NCBI RefSeq assembly: GCF_006345805.1
Contig: NC_042997.1
Coordinates: 98,084,001-98,148,000, forward strand
Reading direction: 5' to 3'
Source of the DNA: Octopus sinensis
Taxonomy: Eukaryota
DNA length: 64,000 nt
Below the pieces are notes generated by a model, which did no database searches, had not been told where the DNA came from, and saw only the letters and a list, made by a program, of their open reading frames with translations. This document shows positions 53,612 to 64,000 of this stretch, piece after piece. The translations under genes were made by a program, and so were the position numbers. The first letter of the stretch is position 1; the number at the start of each line of letters is the position of its first letter.

Positions 53612-54257
53612 GTAAGTAGATAATTAAATGGCATAAGGTGATTTGACTCACAGGTCTTAATCTTAATGAGAAATTCAAAAGTCATTAGCTTGTAATTCGG
53701 TTGCTAATGCAAAGAAATTAATCTGCTTCATTTGAATTTGTGCGGATTAACAAATTATTTAATATGTTTATTTGGAGATAAAAGTTATAATTAATATTCC
53801 TAAAGGAAACCAGGTCTTCAGAGCAAAAGTAAACTAAACCTTATTTGGTCTGATGGTGTAAAATATTCAGTAAGTATTTCTGGATACTCAGTGCAATTAA
53901 AACACTGTCAAAGTTTCAATTCATATTGCTGTACATGTCATGGTCACTACAACTTACTCTTACACCAACTTGTTCTTTCTAAATCTTTGTGCTTGTAAAA
54001 AATTCTATTCTAAATCTAAATCTTTGTGCTTGTAAAACATTCTATCTAAAAGGAGCCAGGCACTAAATAAATACAAAATCATATGCTGAACTTAAATCGT
54101 ACAGCCAGCTTATAGAAGGCAACAAAAAGCCATATGAGAATTATGTTACCAGATGAATAATACTTCACTAAAGTAAGCTGGGATAATTACGGTAACTTAA
54201 TTTTAATTTGCCCAATTCAAGTGGTAACGTTATTTTCTTTTGCTTTCTCACTATTAG

Positions 54258-54340
54258 ATGAAGATCAACTGACCAAATGTTTGATTATTCACTCTTCACT
54301 GAAAACTGAATTTATAGAACTCTTCCTCGAAATCTATTGA
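54258..54340 (+). CDS. Candidate second exon of the same small ORF (DEDQLTKCLIIHSSLKTEFIELFLEIY*)
   Basis: Long polypyrimidine acceptor TTATTTTCTTTTGCTTTCTCACTATTAG; only the phase-1 frame stays open. Confidence 0.3.
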
Positions 54341-54789
54341 CTCAAAGCAGACCATCGTTAATCTCCTTCGATTCTGGATTTTGTACTGCTTAATATTAGG
54401 AACAGTATCAGAAAACTGACAAGCTTTTACGCTTTATTGTTTGATTAAACAAAATATTTTAAAAAGCAAGAGATAAAAACCATGTTCACAGACAATATCA
54501 CTAAAGCAACAATAGTAATTCCTCTCTTTCTCCCTGTCTTACTCTCTCTTCACTGAAGCTAATAATTAGAGATAATAGTAATCCTGTTGCCAAAATAGTT
54601 AATAATCATTTTAGGAGAGTGTTTTCTGATAAAAACAATGATACAAAGATTTTCTATTTAAATCCAAAGGCAACTTAGTGAAATTAGAATACAATGTGAT
54701 TTTGATTCTAAAGTTTTCAGTATTTTATTTGCTATATAATATTAGTGAAGTGAAATAAATTGTAATATTGAACTAAATAGCAGTTAATA

Positions 54790-55200
54790 TTTATTTGTTC
54801 TCTTGTTTGAGTTATTGCACTCTGGCCACGCTAAGGAATCACCTTGAATGGTTTAGTCAAAACTAATTGTCCTCAGTACTAGTTCTTTTATTTAGGTCAG
54901 GTACTTATTCTATCGGGTTATTTTTCTGAACAGCTAAGTTACGAAGACGTTAACAAACTGACACAGGTTGTCAATGTGTATGGTACAAACACAAAGACAC
55001 ACGCACGCAAGCACACACACATACACGCGACAGGTCTCCACACAGTCTCCGCCTACCAAATACACTCACGCGACATTGGTCGGTCCAATGCTATAGCAGA
55101 AAACACTTTTCCAAAGTGCTGCGCAGTGTGATTGAAAGTACGGGGCTGCAAACCGAAGTTCTCAAGTCACGCAACCATATCTGCGCTTATACACAACCAC
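54790..55200 (-). mobile_element. Family B SINE, diverged full-length copy
   Basis: Reverse-complement homology to 26331-26698, including the internal CA tract. Confidence 0.65.
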
Positions 55201-56665
55201 ACTTCTCTTTTAAGTTCTCTTCTATCCAGGATCAAAATTGCCTTTCATTTATTCGGAAAAAAAATATTTGTCAAGGGAGAGATTTATTCGCTCATGCTTC
55301 TCTCTTAAGAATTCAATGTGCGAAACCAATAATTCATTTAATATGGAAATAGATTTTGCATAAATCAATTGGAATTGCGCTCAACATCGACTGAGTTCAA
55401 TACCTGCTTTACTTTCATCTATTCAGGGTCGATATATTAAGTGTTGGAAAATACAGAGGCGATTCAATTTTCTTTCGGAAAAAATTGTCCTTGTGCCAAA
55501 TCAAAAGAAATCTGTATTTTATTTAATACATTCAAAGTAATTTCATTTCATGCTAGTTCAAACACAGTAATTCATATTCTAACTGTCTACTTATCTAAAT
55601 TGTCTACATAAATGTTTGTTTACGAAAACAATAGGAAAATAAAAATAAAATATATTTCTGTACGTAAGTGATGATAAAACGAATGTTCGTTTTTAAAAAA
55701 GTGATTAAATGCATCTCCGACTCCTATAATAAACAACAAAATAAAATTGAAAAGTTAATTAGTCTATATAGGAAATAATTTCAAAGAATGCTCACAAATT
55801 ATGGACATTAGTAATATTATACACAGACAAATGTCTTTTAGGTACCACTTTATTTTATTTCCATATTACCATATGCATCTACTTATTGTCTAAAGATATA
55901 AATGTTCAGTACATCATCACCATTTTATTCTTTCATATTAGGCATGTGATTCTTCTTTCACAGCGTTCGGCTGAAGAATAACTGGAGTATTTATGCTTTG
56001 GGTGTATGTGTGTTTGTCGATGTGTGTATTTGAACCTGGTTTGAGAAGGTACTCTGGAGGCCAATGCGTTAGTGGCTTGGATATTAGTCTCATGGTCATA
56101 ACATCGTGGTTTCGATTCTTGGACCCGGTGGTGTAGTGTCACCTTGAGCAAGACAATCCATTTTACTTTTCTCCAGTATATACAGCTATATATAAGTACC
56201 AACTAAAATGTCTGTAACTTCCTCCCTTCTCCCCTGAAGTTGTTACATCCTCGAAGGATAGGAGACGAAATGGATGCTTATGTCTGCTTGTCACTATATC
56301 CTTATGTCTGCTTGTCACGTTGACCTGTTAGTCAATGCGTGGAACAAGTTACCAGATTATAGTTGCATGTGTGTCACGGTTTTTTCCCCCACAGATGCCA
56401 TCTGATATGTTTGACGTAGTACGCGAGGAATACTGTTACTTATCATAGCCCTTCTTTTAAAGCTGAAGCGATTCCTAGTGGGATTTCAGTTCCTTAGGCT
56501 AAAAGCATCAGTTTTACGTGAGATGTTGTCCATGCGTTGATTTGTCTTCTGTCTTACATCTTATCACTGTTATCTCTGCCTAAATAAGAAGCCATACTTT
56601 TGTGTGATATTTAGATCTCGAAGGAATATATTGTTGAGAGTAGAATGTATATCTATCACAATACC

Positions 56666-56886
56666 TATTTCTTTACTATCCACTAGGGGCTAAGCACAGA
56701 GAGGACAAACAAGGACAGACAAACGGAATAAGTCGATTATATCGACCCCAGTGCGTGATTGGTACTTATTTAATCGACCCCGAAAGGATGAAAGACAAAG
56801 TCGACCTCGGCGGAATTTGAACTTAGAACGTAGCGGCAGACGAAATATTTCGCCCGGCGTGTTAACGTTTCTACCAGCTCGCCGCC
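56666..56886 (-). mobile_element. Young family A SINE with perfect 16-bp TSD
   Basis: TATCTATCACAATACC at 56650-56665 and 56887-56902. Confidence 0.93.
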
Positions 56887-58219
56887 TATCTATCACAATA
56901 CCACACTGACAAAACTCAATGGATATAATTATCCTTACCTCTTGCCCAGATGTAGCATTATTTGGTTTTGTTACGTTAAACTGACACGTTATAGAAGGTA
57001 GTGGAATAGTCGAAGCCGTATACAACCAGATTTTAAAATTACTTTTCGACACTTCCAATTATAATCTGCCGTCGATCCGCCTTCACGGATATAAACTATG
57101 TACCAGGAGTACACTAGGGTTGAAGGGATTCATTATCACCTTTCCTAAAGTTTCTGGCCTGGTGTCAGCGTAAGAAATAATTAACTGTACAAATAATCAT
57201 ATAAGTTATGTCTGTAATTTTCGTGAAAATCATTGATTTTCATTAGTAGATGTTATCAAGTGTTTTTTTATTAACAGTCGACATGAAATACATCTGTCCA
57301 GCAAGGGTTTATCAATGAATTTTCCTTACTAAGGTGATACTGGTGTGCATCTAATGACCGATATTATCTTTCATACCAAGAGATCTGTGTCTAATAAATT
57401 AAGGTAATTGTCAAGCTTCTGGGCTTAAAAAAGCTGTGTCCGAAACGTTAAATAATTTTTCTATTGTCATATAACATTTGTCAAAAATATATTACGCTAC
57501 GTTGAAGTTTGGAATTCCTCCTGTTACAGCTGTACAATCCGTAAACACCAGCGAAAGGTAAAGATGTGGATAAATTAACATTAAAAACACGGGGAATATT
57601 TGGTAAGAACGTCAATAGTAACATTCTACTTGTGACGCGTATTCACTTTAAGCAAGTGTTCCCCAAATTTATTTGTATCATGCACCGGCTTCATAAAAGG
57701 CTATTTTTTCATAGACCAGGGGATCACGCGGTTAGCAGTACACAATAAAGCGCATGATATATGGTTTAATTATTGTATGTATAGTAAATATATTACGTAA
57801 TATAAATTTTTAGTATAAGATATGGATCCAGAGAATCGTGTGGCTATCACAGAAAGCTATTTTAACAGACTCGGCTTTCAGGACAAATAGTATTCCAAAA
57901 CAGAGAAGTGTAATGCAGAGTGCCCATACACCTCAAATCTAGAAGGTTTGATGGATTAAATTATTTCATGTGGAGTATCTAAATCATAAGTCAGAAGGTA
58001 TGAGAAGAGAATGTATTTACTTAACCACTTGACATCCTTAGGATTACGGCTGTTTCGTAGCCTTCTTCATGTTGTGATAATTTCTATGACATAAATTGTT
58101 TACATGTTTACATTAATATGCATTATACAATACAATTGCATATTAACAAATCGATTCAAATCAAGAAAGCTAACTCAGCAGATTACCAGAATATCATGTT
58201 TACATCTGCGACTTCAGAC

Positions 58220-64000
<5,781 letters not shown>

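Noticed and set aside
1871-56886. tRNA genes or CRISPR-like recurring repeats
   Set aside because: The A/B-box motifs belong to SINE heads with no complete cloverleaf, and the recurring ~200-bp units are dispersed in both orientations with TSDs rather than arranged as regularly spaced repeat-spacer arrays.

Overview
AT-rich eukaryotic genomic DNA dominated by simple repeats and decayed transposable elements. The SINE families and microsatellite load look like an octopod cephalopod (inference from memory of such repeats; no search was run). There are no CRISPR arrays, rRNA or tRNA genes, or intact long ORFs, and almost all ORFs in the supplied track are microsatellite translation artefacts. 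Supportable content: at least three tRNA-derived SINE families (one Meta-domain-like family, three copies of which have clear target-site duplications), RTE LINE fragments, two R4/Dong-type (restriction-like endonuclease) fragments, Penelope-like remnants plus four hammerhead-like terminal motifs, a CR1-group 3' end, a non-autonomous Helitron, mariner and Tigger remnants, and three fold-back elements. The last ~5.8 kb is a cryptic TA/TATG array containing a 76-bp higher-order repeat. Possible host-gene signal is weak and hand-derived: two phase-compatible + strand exons (14391-14449, 16948-17008) that may end a short-exon gene, a two-exon 49-aa signal-peptide-like ORF (53545-54340), and a 252-nt exon-like frame (51797-52048). 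I found no convincing novel multi-gene system; the findings below are leads.
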